From an uncultured Nitrospinota bacterium (lineage in GTDB: Bacteria; Nitrospinota_A; UBA7883; JAJRTC01), in NCBI GenBank assembly GCA_964395915.1, contig CAYNDB010000002.1, forward strand, positions 10,817 through 57,323: a stretch of DNA of 46,507 bases, given 5' to 3'. The notes beneath the pieces were generated by a model. The model was not told the DNA's origin. It saw nothing but the letters and a program-made list of their open reading frames with translations, and did no database searches. Below are positions 10,022 to 18,504 of the stretch, piece after piece. Position numbers and translations under genes: made by a program. Within the stretch, counting starts at the first letter, position 1; every line of letters starts with the position of its first letter.

Positions 10022-12331
10022 TTATCTTTCCTTTGATATTGCTTTTCTTGCTCCCGCAACCGCCTGTCCAAGCGAGATACCTCCGTCGTTCGGAGGCACA
10101 CGGCTGTGGCGAAACACTTGGAGCCCTTCAGACTCCAGCATCACCCCTAGCTTGTCTGAAAGATACCTGTTCTGAAACACTCCACCCGATAACGCTACGC
10201 TTCGAAGACCTGTTTGGCCGCTGATTCTTTTAATCATCTGACAAGCGCCTTCAGCGATGGTGTTGTGGAACATCGCCGACATTATGCCGATAGGAACGTT
10301 TTTCAGAGAATCCTCCACAAGCTTTTTAAAAACCGGATATATATCAAAAATAAATTTGTCATCCACCTTCACGATATTAACGGGGTAACTTTCCTTTATT
10401 CCCGTGGTCGCTATTGTTTCAAGCTCCATCGCCGCCTGACCTTCGAAAGACACTTTCCCTCGCAATCCGGTTAAAGCCGCCGCGGCGTCAAAAAGCCTTC
10501 CAACACCATGGGAATATGTTGTGTTCAACTTTTTTTCCACCATAATTTTTATCGTCTTAAGCTTTTCTGTGGTCACCTCATTCATCCATCTTACGGAAAG
10601 CTTAGGAATATTATCGCCATATAGCTCATGTAAAATGCCGACAGCTATCCGCCATGGCTCCTTTACCGCCACATCGCCACCGGGGAGCGGAACAGCGCTG
10701 GTATAACCCATCCGTTCATACCCACCCGCGTTACCGACAAAAAATTCGCCTCCCCAAATCGACCCATCGTCTCCATACCCCGTACCGTCAAAAATAACGC
10801 CGATAACTTCTTCGTCTAATGCGCCACGCTCCGCCAGTACCGAAACAAGATGCGCGTGATGATGCTGGACTTCCACTCGTTTGGACTCAGGAAAACTATC
10901 CCTCGCCCATTGAGAGCATGAGTAATCCGGATGTTTGTCGAAAGCGACGACAGAAAAATCCCTGACGTCCAGCATGTCAAAATAGCGTTCCATCGAAAAA
11001 CAGAAGTAGTCATACGATTTTTCGTATTTAAGATCGCCAATATGCGGGCTTATATAAGCGCGGTCTTCCTTTATGACACAAAAAGTGTTTTTCAGCTCTC
11101 CACCCACAGCCAGTGTTGTCGGATATTCACGGTCGAGCATAATGGGTATCGGCGCATATCCGCGCGAACGTCTTAACACGACGGGGCCATGGCTCATTGA
11201 AAGCTCGATAGAATCATCCGCCCGGTTATATATCGGCCTGTCGTGAACGAGAAAAGCGTCGGCGATTCCAGCAAGCCTCTCCCTGGCGTCTTTTTCGGTG
11301 TGAACTATCGGATCATCGCTTATGTTCGCGCTGGTCATAACGAGCGCATTGAAGTTTCCATCGGCCATAAGCAGGTAACTCAATGGAGTGTACGGCAACA
11401 TTATGCCGAGCTTTTTGTTGAAAGGGGCTACGCCTGACGGCATATTTTTCATCAGTTTTTGAACCAGGACAATTGGCCGTGAACGGCTTTTTAAAAGCTC
11501 TGCTTCGCTCTCAGAAATATCCGCATAAAGCTTTGCCCCATCCAACGAAGAACACATCAGCGCAAACGGTTTTTCATCCCGCAATTTTTTTCGTCGTAAG
11601 CGCATCACCGCGTTATTTTTATCAGCGTCCACTGCAAGGTGGTAGCCGCCAATACCCTTGATCGCAACGATTTTACCGGTAGCGAGAAGATCGATTGCCT
11701 TTGCAAGCGCGTTATTTTTTGTATCAATTACGTTAAACGACTCGTCCATAAGGCTTAACTGCGGCCCGCAAACATGGCAGGCCACAGGCTGCGCGTGAAA
11801 TCTGCGATCGGCCGGGTTCTCATATTCCTTCAGGCAGTCCGGGCACATCTGAAAATCCTTCATCGTAGTAAAAGGCCGGTCGTACGGAATGGATTTGATT
11901 ATCGTAAAACGTGGCCCGCAGTTCGTACAGTTAATGAAGGGATATCGATAACGCCGGTCGTTCGGATCGAACAGTTCATTAAGACAATCGGGACAAACAT
12001 CGCAATCGGGTGGAATCAAAGCTGTTTTCGATCCTTTATGATCGCTTTCCCTTATTTCAAAAGCGGAATCTTCGCCGCAACAAGCTTCATGTGAAGTCAC
12101 TTTGACGATATGTGAAAGGGGAGGGGAGAGGTCCGTCAGATCGCGCTCGAAAGCTTCGATATTTTCAATATCTCCTTCAACCTCAATATCGACTCCGGAG
12201 GAATTGTTCTCCACATAGCCTGTAAGGTTATGTTGTTTTGCAATACGATATATGAACGGTCGGAACCCTACGCCCTGCACGATTCCACGGACGTGTATAT
12301 GCTTGCGATATGCAAGCTGTTCATATTTCAT
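10022..12331 (-). CDS. hypF: Carbamoyltransferase HypF
   Basis: 769 aa. Has an acylphosphatase domain (VRGIVQGVGFRPFIY), two pairs of CxxC zinc fingers (CDVCPDC...CTNCGPR and CPDC...CHVCGP), then YrdC-like and Kae1-like domains. Confidence 0.93.
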   Translation of the reverse strand: MKYEQLAYRKHIHVRGIVQGVGFRPFIYRIAKQHNLTGYVENNSSGVDIEVEGDIENIEAFERDLTDLSPPLSHIVKVTSHEACCGEDSAFEIRESDHKGSKTALIPPDCDVCPDCLNELFDPNDRRYRYPFINCTNCGPRFTIIKSIPYDRPFTTMKDFQMCPDCLKEYENPADRRFHAQPVACHVCGPQLSLMDESFNVIDTKNNALAKAIDLLATGKIVAIKGIGGYHLAVDADKNNAVMRLRRKKLRDEKPFALMCSSLDGAKLYADISESEAELLKSRSRPIVLVQKLMKNMPSGVAPFNKKLGIMLPYTPLSYLLMADGNFNALVMTSANISDDPIVHTEKDARERLAGIADAFLVHDRPIYNRADDSIELSMSHGPVVLRRSRGYAPIPIMLDREYPTTLAVGGELKNTFCVIKEDRAYISPHIGDLKYEKSYDYFCFSMERYFDMLDVRDFSVVAFDKHPDYSCSQWARDSFPESKRVEVQHHHAHLVSVLAERGALDEEVIGVIFDGTGYGDDGSIWGGEFFVGNAGGYERMGYTSAVPLPGGDVAVKEPWRIAVGILHELYGDNIPKLSVRWMNEVTTEKLKTIKIMVEKKLNTTYSHGVGRLFDAAAALTGLRGKVSFEGQAAMELETIATTGIKESYPVNIVKVDDKFIFDIYPVFKKLVEDSLKNVPIGIMSAMFHNTIAEGACQMIKRISGQTGLRSVALSGGVFQNRYLSDKLGVMLESEGLQVFRHSRVPPNDGGISLGQAVAGARKAISKER

Positions 12332-12986
12332 GTGATTTCAGTCCCGTTAGAAACGAATACCACTCATCAAGACCTTCGCCTGAGGAAACAGACAATGTAA
12401 ACAAACGTATTTCAGGGTTAATATTTCTGGCGAGCTCAACACATTTATCGACATCGAAATCCACATATGGAAGAAGATCGGTTTTGGTAATAACCAGGGC
12501 TTTCGAGGCGCGGAACATATTTGGATATTTTGCCGGTTTGTCATCCCCTTCGGTAACTGACACCAGCGCCACTTTCATTTTTTCGCCAAGATCGTAGGAG
12601 GCGGGACATACAAGGTTGCCCACATTTTCTATCATAAGCAGGTGAATGGTGGTCAGATCGATGTGATCAAGCGCTTTCAGCGTCATGGACGCGTCCAGGT
12701 GGCAGGCGGACATTGTGTTAATTTGCGTTACTTGCGCTCCTGTTTTCGCTATTCGTCTGGCGTCATTATCGGTTTGCTGGTCTCCTTCGATGACTGCGAA
12801 ATTGATTTTGTCTTTGATCTCCGATATTGTCTTGACCAGCAAAGAGGTTTTCCCCGCTCCGGGTGAGCTTACAAAATTTAACGCCGTGACTTTGGTTTCC
12901 TTGAAAATCGCTCTGTTTATCACGGCTATCCTGTTGTTTTTTGTAAATACGTCCTTTTTTATTTCAATAACTGTCGGAGCTGTCAT
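12321..12986 (-). CDS. hypB: Hydrogenase nickel-incorporation GTPase HypB
   Basis: 221 aa. P-loop SSPGAGKTSLL, G-domain metal-site residues (SACH..., NLVCPA) and an ITKTD guanine motif. No His-rich or CxxCGC N-terminal extension. Confidence 0.9.
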   Translation of the reverse strand: MTAPTVIEIKKDVFTKNNRIAVINRAIFKETKVTALNFVSSPGAGKTSLLVKTISEIKDKINFAVIEGDQQTDNDARRIAKTGAQVTQINTMSACHLDASMTLKALDHIDLTTIHLLMIENVGNLVCPASYDLGEKMKVALVSVTEGDDKPAKYPNMFRASKALVITKTDLLPYVDFDVDKCVELARNINPEIRLFTLSVSSGEGLDEWYSFLTGLKSHEI

Positions 12987-13330
12987 GTTGTCTCCACCTC
13001 AATACTTTTCACAACAAGATCATCTCCCTGCAAGACGGTTGCAGGGCCAGAGCATTCCGGACAAACAAAATATTGGCTATCAGGACTGAACTCAAGTACA
13101 CATGCGGGACAGAGAGCCACGGCTGGAATCTTGTTCAACACAAGCCTGCTCCCCTCCGTAACGACGGCCTCTTTTGAGCAAGCTTCGTAGCAAAATTCCA
13201 GCGCGTCACAACTAACACCAGCCAAATCGCCAATATCGACTGTGACAGTTAACACCTTGAGCGCATTTTGGCTCAGGACGGATTCCTCGACAACAGCGAT
13301 AACGCTCATAGCGATTGACATTTCATGCAT
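12983..13330 (-). CDS. hypA: Hydrogenase nickel-insertion protein HypA
   Basis: 115 aa. Starts MHEMSIA (the MHE nickel site). Two CxxC pairs (CPAC...CPEC) form the zinc site. ATGA overlap with hypB. Confidence 0.9.
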   Translation of the reverse strand: MHEMSIAMSVIAVVEESVLSQNALKVLTVTVDIGDLAGVSCDALEFCYEACSKEAVVTEGSRLVLNKIPAVALCPACVLEFSPDSQYFVCPECSGPATVLQGDDLVVKSIEVETT

Positions 13331-13564
13331 TACGCAATACCCGCTTGCTCTGACACCCTGTTAATTATCTAGACAATAGTATGAAATAATATATCCGCAT
13401 TAATGCCAGATATACTATATCAATAGTATTGAACGTGACTGGCTCCCATTTTTTAGTTTGTTATTTTTTATTAATATAGGCCCTATTTAATTACTTTGGC
13501 GTATATTAACTAATAAGAGCGCTAGATATTCAGATATCCCTATGCTATATGCGGAGAGGATGTT

Positions 13565-14374
13565 ATGGGACCGGCGGACAATACTGCAACGGCTAACAAC
13601 GACATATACCTTGTTGTGAGAACTCGTTCCATCTTTGCGTGTCTCCTGCACTGGATATTATTCACATCTGTGGTAGTTCTTACGCTCACAGGGTTATACA
13701 TCGGCTACCCGTCATATTTTTACGGGCAGGGTGAAGCGTGGCAAGCGTCCACAATGGCTGATATCCGGACATATCATCTTTACGCGGCGCTTGCGCTGAT
13801 ATTCTCGATTTTCACCAGAATGTATCTTGCGTTTACAAAATCATGCAACAGGGATATGAAACAATTCCTTCCCACACCTAAAAATATAATCGGGGCGCTA
13901 CGTCTCGCAAAATTCTTTATAACTTTCAAAGGCCCCCACAAACATTACCGCTTTGTAAACCCGCTTGGGGGTATAGGCATTTTCACGATGTCGATACTAT
14001 TCCTCGTTCAAATTTTCACGGGGTTGGCGCTTTATCTTCCGGGAGCCAATCCAGACAGCTGGTGGTGGGCCATATGGATACAGCCTGTGGCGGAAAACCT
14101 CCTGGGAGGTTTGCAGGGGGTGCGTCTTATTCACCATATTGCTATGTATATATTGGCGGCGGTCGTAATCATTCATGTATATATGCAAATTTGGAAAACC
14201 AGCATGTACACGGAATCTGACATATCTTCAATAATTTCCGGATACAAAATATTCCCGTTAAGCCAGATAGGCCATTTCGACGATGTATACGGTATACGGC
14301 TGGACGATGCTCCGCCAAGCAAAGATGAGATGGAGAAAGAGTCTGAAATTACTATCGAAGCAAGATATAAATGA
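13565..14374 (+). CDS. Dihaem b-type cytochrome membrane subunit of [NiFe]-hydrogenase (HyaC/HydC/FdnI family), copy 1
   Basis: 269 aa with four predicted TM helices. Conserved His residues in TM1 (LLHW), TM2 (YHLY) and TM4 (IHH...IIHVY). RBS GGAGAGGA. Ends 20 bp upstream of the small subunit gene. Confidence 0.8.
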   Translation: MGPADNTATANNDIYLVVRTRSIFACLLHWILFTSVVVLTLTGLYIGYPSYFYGQGEAWQASTMADIRTYHLYAALALIFSIFTRMYLAFTKSCNRDMKQFLPTPKNIIGALRLAKFFITFKGPHKHYRFVNPLGGIGIFTMSILFLVQIFTGLALYLPGANPDSWWWAIWIQPVAENLLGGLQGVRLIHHIAMYILAAVVIIHVYMQIWKTSMYTESDISSIISGYKIFPLSQIGHFDDVYGIRLDDAPPSKDEMEKESEITIEARYK

Positions 14375-14394
14375 TCTGAATACTGGAGGGTATC

Positions 14395-15519
14395 ATGTGT
14401 CAAACAGGAGGATTGATCGGGCCTACGCGTGAGGAAAAGCTTGAGGCCCTTGGGAACCTTGACCGGCGGGATTTTATGATGTTTTGCGTTACGATCGCCG
14501 CCACGCTTGGGCTGAGCCCTTCGTTTATTCCTAAAATAGCGGAAGCTATAGAAAAGGCCGCCAGCAAACCTTCTGTGATATGGCTCCATTTCGCGGAATG
14601 TACCGGAGACTCCGAGGCTTTCCTCCGCTCGACATACCCATCCATTGAAGATTTGATTTTGAACATTCTCTCCATCGATTATCACGAGACCATCATGGCC
14701 CCGTCGGGCGATGCCGCGGAAGAGGCGCTGGCAAAAGCGATGAAGGATAACAAAGGTAAATATATTGCCGTGTGTGAAGGCGCCATTCCAATGGCCACCC
14801 CTCCGGGACCAGCGGGCAAACTCGGCTCTTACCTTACTCTCGGCAATAAAACAGGATTTGAGCTTGCAAAAGAAGTATGCTCGGACGCATTCGCTGTGAT
14901 GTGTGTAGGGACATGCTCTTCTTTTGGTGGTGTTCAGGCGCAGAGACCAAACCCCACAGGAGCGGTTGGAGTGGAGGACGCTATTGGAATCCCCACGCTT
15001 AAGATACCGGGATGCCCTCATAACGTTATCAACTCGGTCGCTTCAATAGTCAACTATCTCCTGCTGGGTTCACTGCCAGCGACAGACAGGCTGGGGCGCC
15101 CGCTTTTCGCATATGGCAAGCGGATACACGACACCTGCCCGCGAAGAGCGCATTTCGACGCGGGCCAATATGTGGAACAATTCGGCGACGAAGCTTCTAA
15201 AAGAAGGTGGTGTCTCTACAAGGTTGGATGCAAAGGTCCGCAGACCTATCACAACTGTTCGCAAGTTGGATACAACGACAACACCTCATGGCCCATTAAA
15301 GGCGGACACGGATGCATAGGATGTTCCGAGCCGAACTTTTGGGATGATATGCAACCCTTCTATGAGAGGCTGCCAAACGTGAGGTTACCGGGAGTTGAGG
15401 CTACTGCGGACAAGGTCGGCATGACGCTGGTCGGCGCCGCGGCGGCCGGAGCCGCGGGACATGCCGCATGGACAATATTCAACAGGAAAAAGTTCGACGA
15501 CACCTCCAAGGATGAATAA
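14395..15519 (+). CDS. [NiFe]-hydrogenase small subunit, Tat-exported, with a C-terminal membrane anchor
   Basis: 374 aa. Tat motif DRRDFMMF. Aligns by eye along the whole length to standard group-1 small subunits (WLHFAECTG-, GTCSSFGG, IPGCPHN, HDTCPR, CLYKVGCKGP, HNC, GHGCIGCSEPNFWD). Hydrophobic C-terminal helix VGMTLVGAAAAGAAGHAAWTIF. Confidence 0.93.
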   Translation: MCQTGGLIGPTREEKLEALGNLDRRDFMMFCVTIAATLGLSPSFIPKIAEAIEKAASKPSVIWLHFAECTGDSEAFLRSTYPSIEDLILNILSIDYHETIMAPSGDAAEEALAKAMKDNKGKYIAVCEGAIPMATPPGPAGKLGSYLTLGNKTGFELAKEVCSDAFAVMCVGTCSSFGGVQAQRPNPTGAVGVEDAIGIPTLKIPGCPHNVINSVASIVNYLLLGSLPATDRLGRPLFAYGKRIHDTCPRRAHFDAGQYVEQFGDEASKRRWCLYKVGCKGPQTYHNCSQVGYNDNTSWPIKGGHGCIGCSEPNFWDDMQPFYERLPNVRLPGVEATADKVGMTLVGAAAAGAAGHAAWTIFNRKKFDDTSKDE

Positions 15520-15537
15520 AAGGAAGAGAGGCGCGAC

Positions 15538-17202
15538 ATGGGTGAGAGGCACGTTATAGATCCTATTACCAGGATCGAGGGACATCTGAGGATAGAGATA
15601 GAGCTTGAAAACGGAAAGGTGAAAGACGCCTGGAGTTCCGGAACGCTTTGGCGGGGCTTTGAGGTGTTCCTTAAAGGGCGCGACCCGCGTGACGCATGGC
15701 TCATAACACAGCGGGTTTGCGGCGTATGCACCGAGGTGCACGCGCTCACATCCGTCAAATGTGTCGAGAACGCGGCCGGGATAAAAATTCCTGATAACGC
15801 GCGGCTTATACGCAACCTTATCCACGGCGCTCAATATCTGCACGATCATCCTGTGCATTTTTATCATCTGCACGCATTGGACTGGGTGGATGTGGTCTCG
15901 GCGCTTAAGGCCGATCCTAAAAAAACATCGGAGCTTACAAATTCCATCAACCCGAACGCTCCCAGAAGTGGCCCTGGCGATTTTGCGGTTGTGAAGGATA
16001 AGCTAAGCAAATTCGTTTCCGCAGGCCAGCTTGGGCCATTTACGAATGGATACTGGGGGCACCCGGCATATAAGCTGCCGCCGGAGGCGAACCTGATGGC
16101 TGTCGCCCACTATCTTACAGCGCTTGCGATGCAAAGCAGGATCGCCAGGATGCACGCTGTGTTTGGCGCGAAAAATCCGCATATACAAACGTACACCGTC
16201 GGCGGTGTGACGTGTATCAACGATCTTAACGCGGACAGGATCAGCGAGTTTCTGTTCATTCTTCGTGAAGCGAAAGATTTTATCGATAACGTTTATATCC
16301 CGGACGTACTGGCCGTCGCCCCTTTCTATCTTGACTGGGCCAAGCTCGGCGGAGGTGTGAAAAACTATCTGACGTATGGAATGTTCCCTCAAAAAGGTGG
16401 TGAGGAACCGGATAATTTATGGTTCCCGCGTGGCGTGATCCTGGACAGGGACCTTTCTAAAGTTCACCCGGTGGACGTAGACAAGATAACAGAGGATGTT
16501 ACTCACGCCTGGTACAAATATTCAAAGGACGAGCCGCTGCACCCAAGTGTTGGGGAGACAGACCCATGGTACACGGGAATAGAAACGGGCAAAGAAAATG
16601 GGAAATACTCGTGGCTGAAAACTCCGCGCTATGACGGAAAGGCCATGGAGGTGGGGCCACTTTCCAGGATGCTTGTCAACTACGCATCTGGACATGAATC
16701 GACAGTGCGTGAGGTAAATGGCGTACTCAAAGCGCTGGGAGTAGGGCCGGAGATACTTTTCTCCACGCTTGGCCGCACAGCCGCCAGAGCCATTGAAACA
16801 AAGATTATCGCTCATGAGATGGAAAACTGGGTGAACGAATTGCTTTCGAACATCAAGAAGGGTGATTTGAAAACATGTGTAGATTATCCGGCGCCATCAG
16901 TCGCAAAGGGGTTTGGCATGACAGAGGCTCCCCGCGGCGCGCTCGGCCATTGGATAGAAATCGTCGATGGAAAGATAAAGAACTATCAGCTGGTCGTGCC
17001 GACAACATGGAATGGATCACCGAGGGATAAAAACAATATACGGTCGGCGTTCGAAGAGTCGCTTATCGGGACACCTGTTATCGATCCGAAACAGCCGGTC
17101 GAGGTGTTGCGGACTATTCATTCGTTCGATCCGTGTCTTGCATGTTCGGTTCATATCATTGACCCAGATAATAATGAGACCTACACGGTAAAAGCCGTGT
17201 AG
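15538..17202 (+). CDS. [NiFe]-hydrogenase large (catalytic) subunit
   Basis: 554 aa. N-terminal RIEGHLRIE and RVCGVCTEVH (L1/L2 Ni-Fe ligands). C-terminal DPCLACSVH followed by a 15-residue tail that the endopeptidase would remove. The ligands are Cys, not Sec, so this is not a [NiFeSe] enzyme. Confidence 0.95.
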   Translation: MGERHVIDPITRIEGHLRIEIELENGKVKDAWSSGTLWRGFEVFLKGRDPRDAWLITQRVCGVCTEVHALTSVKCVENAAGIKIPDNARLIRNLIHGAQYLHDHPVHFYHLHALDWVDVVSALKADPKKTSELTNSINPNAPRSGPGDFAVVKDKLSKFVSAGQLGPFTNGYWGHPAYKLPPEANLMAVAHYLTALAMQSRIARMHAVFGAKNPHIQTYTVGGVTCINDLNADRISEFLFILREAKDFIDNVYIPDVLAVAPFYLDWAKLGGGVKNYLTYGMFPQKGGEEPDNLWFPRGVILDRDLSKVHPVDVDKITEDVTHAWYKYSKDEPLHPSVGETDPWYTGIETGKENGKYSWLKTPRYDGKAMEVGPLSRMLVNYASGHESTVREVNGVLKALGVGPEILFSTLGRTAARAIETKIIAHEMENWVNELLSNIKKGDLKTCVDYPAPSVAKGFGMTEAPRGALGHWIEIVDGKIKNYQLVVPTTWNGSPRDKNNIRSAFEESLIGTPVIDPKQPVEVLRTIHSFDPCLACSVHIIDPDNNETYTVKAV

Positions 17203-17215
17203 CCGGAGGTAACAT

Positions 17216-17908
17216 ATGCCACATAGATTTATATCACCGCAAAAAAAGAAGCTGGTTTACGTGCGGAATTTCACGAACCGGTTATTGCACTGGACTATGT
17301 TTTTTGCGGTAATGGTTCTGTTGCCGACAGGTTATTATATCGGTAATCCAACCGCCGTTTACGGGCAGGGTGAGCCAGTTCAGGCGTTTGTTATGGCCGA
17401 CATCAGGCTATACCATTTCTATGCCGCTATGGCTTTGGATGTAGCCATAATGATTCGTTTCTACCTTGCGTTTTTCAGTGTATACCACCGTGACTGGTAC
17501 GAAATAATACCAACACCTGCAAATATTTATGGCGCTCTAAAAGTCATCGGAAGTTATATAACATTCAAAAAGCCCCCGTTTTTTCGCCATACCGACCCGT
17601 TTGACGGGTTTATGTTTCTAACTTTACATCTGTTTATGGTTCTGCAACTTGTGACAGGATTCCAGCTCTATGTCCACGCTTTGCCAGGCGACTACTGGTT
17701 CGCGCAGCTTATTCATATGGGCACAGACTGGATAACATGGTTGCTGGGAAGCGATCAAACCGTACGGCTTGTTCATCACATGATGCTCTGGATCATGATT
17801 GCAGGAATAATAGTTCACGTATATATCCAGGTAATCAAGACTGTGATATGGCGGGACGGACATATTTCAACCATTATCGGCGGATATAAATACCGCGATG
17901 TAAAATGA
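17216..17908 (+). CDS. Dihaem b-type cytochrome membrane subunit of [NiFe]-hydrogenase (HyaC/HydC/FdnI family), copy 2
   Basis: 230 aa and clearly paralogous to 13565..14374. For example MADIRLYHFYAAMAL...RFYLAF here matches MADIRTYHLYAALAL...RMYLAF there, and VRLVHHM...IIVHVYIQV matches VRLIHHI...VIIHVYMQI. RBS GGAGG. Confidence 0.85.
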   Translation: MPHRFISPQKKKLVYVRNFTNRLLHWTMFFAVMVLLPTGYYIGNPTAVYGQGEPVQAFVMADIRLYHFYAAMALDVAIMIRFYLAFFSVYHRDWYEIIPTPANIYGALKVIGSYITFKKPPFFRHTDPFDGFMFLTLHLFMVLQLVTGFQLYVHALPGDYWFAQLIHMGTDWITWLLGSDQTVRLVHHMMLWIMIAGIIVHVYIQVIKTVIWRDGHISTIIGGYKYRDVK

Positions 17909-18426
17909 CAAAACCAGCCAAGCCTCGTATCGTGATTATTGGCATAGGCAATATTTTCCTGTCCGATGAAGGGGTAGGCGTTCACGCTATAAGTAAACTT
18001 TTAAATGAATGGGAGTTCCCCTCAAACGTTGAAGTATATGATGGTGGTGTTACAGGAATGATGGGGCTCCTGCCAATTATTGAAGACACGGATCACCTGA
18101 TAGTAATCGACGTGGTAAACTCGGGCGATCCGCCCGGCTACATCCGCACATACACACTGGGTGATTTCAGGCTTGTCATGCCAAAGAAACTTTCCGCGCA
18201 TGATATCGGTTTTTTAGAATGCATCGCCATTGCTGAAATCAACGGGAAAACTCCGAAATCTGTGACTGTCATCGGTATTAAACCTGTGGATATAGAAACT
18301 CCCCGAAACGTTTTGAGCGATATTGTTGATTCAAAGCTTGCCGAAATAACGGAAATAACAATCGGCGAGTTGCAAAAACTGGGAGCGATAGCCGTTAAAC
18401 GGCAATTTAGTTCGCCATCTTTTTAA
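17905..18426 (+). CDS. Hydrogenase maturation endopeptidase (HyaD/HybD/HupD family)
   Basis: 173 aa. N-terminal VIIGIGNIFLSDEGVGVHA, an internal IDVV motif and an SAHDIG motif, all typical of this family. ATGA overlap with the preceding cyt b gene. Confidence 0.9.
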   Translation: MTKPAKPRIVIIGIGNIFLSDEGVGVHAISKLLNEWEFPSNVEVYDGGVTGMMGLLPIIEDTDHLIVIDVVNSGDPPGYIRTYTLGDFRLVMPKKLSAHDIGFLECIAIAEINGKTPKSVTVIGIKPVDIETPRNVLSDIVDSKLAEITEITIGELQKLGAIAVKRQFSSPSF

Positions 18427-18504
18427 AAAATTTGTCAAAGCGTAGAGAAATACTCACAATGACTGTATATTAGTGTCAGGTAGGCCTTTAACGGAGTATC
18501 TCTA

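Noticed and set aside
13368-13378. An exact 11-mer, TCTAGACAATA, is shared by the hyp/hydrogenase control region (13368..13378) and the XRE/leuB spacer (28812..28822). CAATAGTA also recurs at 28887.
   Set aside because: With roughly 2 kb of AT-rich intergenic sequence, one shared 11-mer is about what chance predicts. There is no extended similarity around it. It is mentioned only as a possible operator.
13331-13564. A sigma-54 promoter upstream of the hydrogenase operon (tgactGGctcccattttTTag).
   Set aside because: Only the GG of the -24 element is present, and the -12 GC is missing. It does not meet the TGGCAC-N5-TTGC consensus.
15538-17202. The possibility that the hydrogenase is a [NiFeSe] enzyme, or that the MopB-family gene (205..2460) uses selenocysteine.
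   Set aside because: The C-terminal Ni ligand motif is DPCLACSVH with ordinary Cys codons. Neither ORF contains an in-frame TGA.
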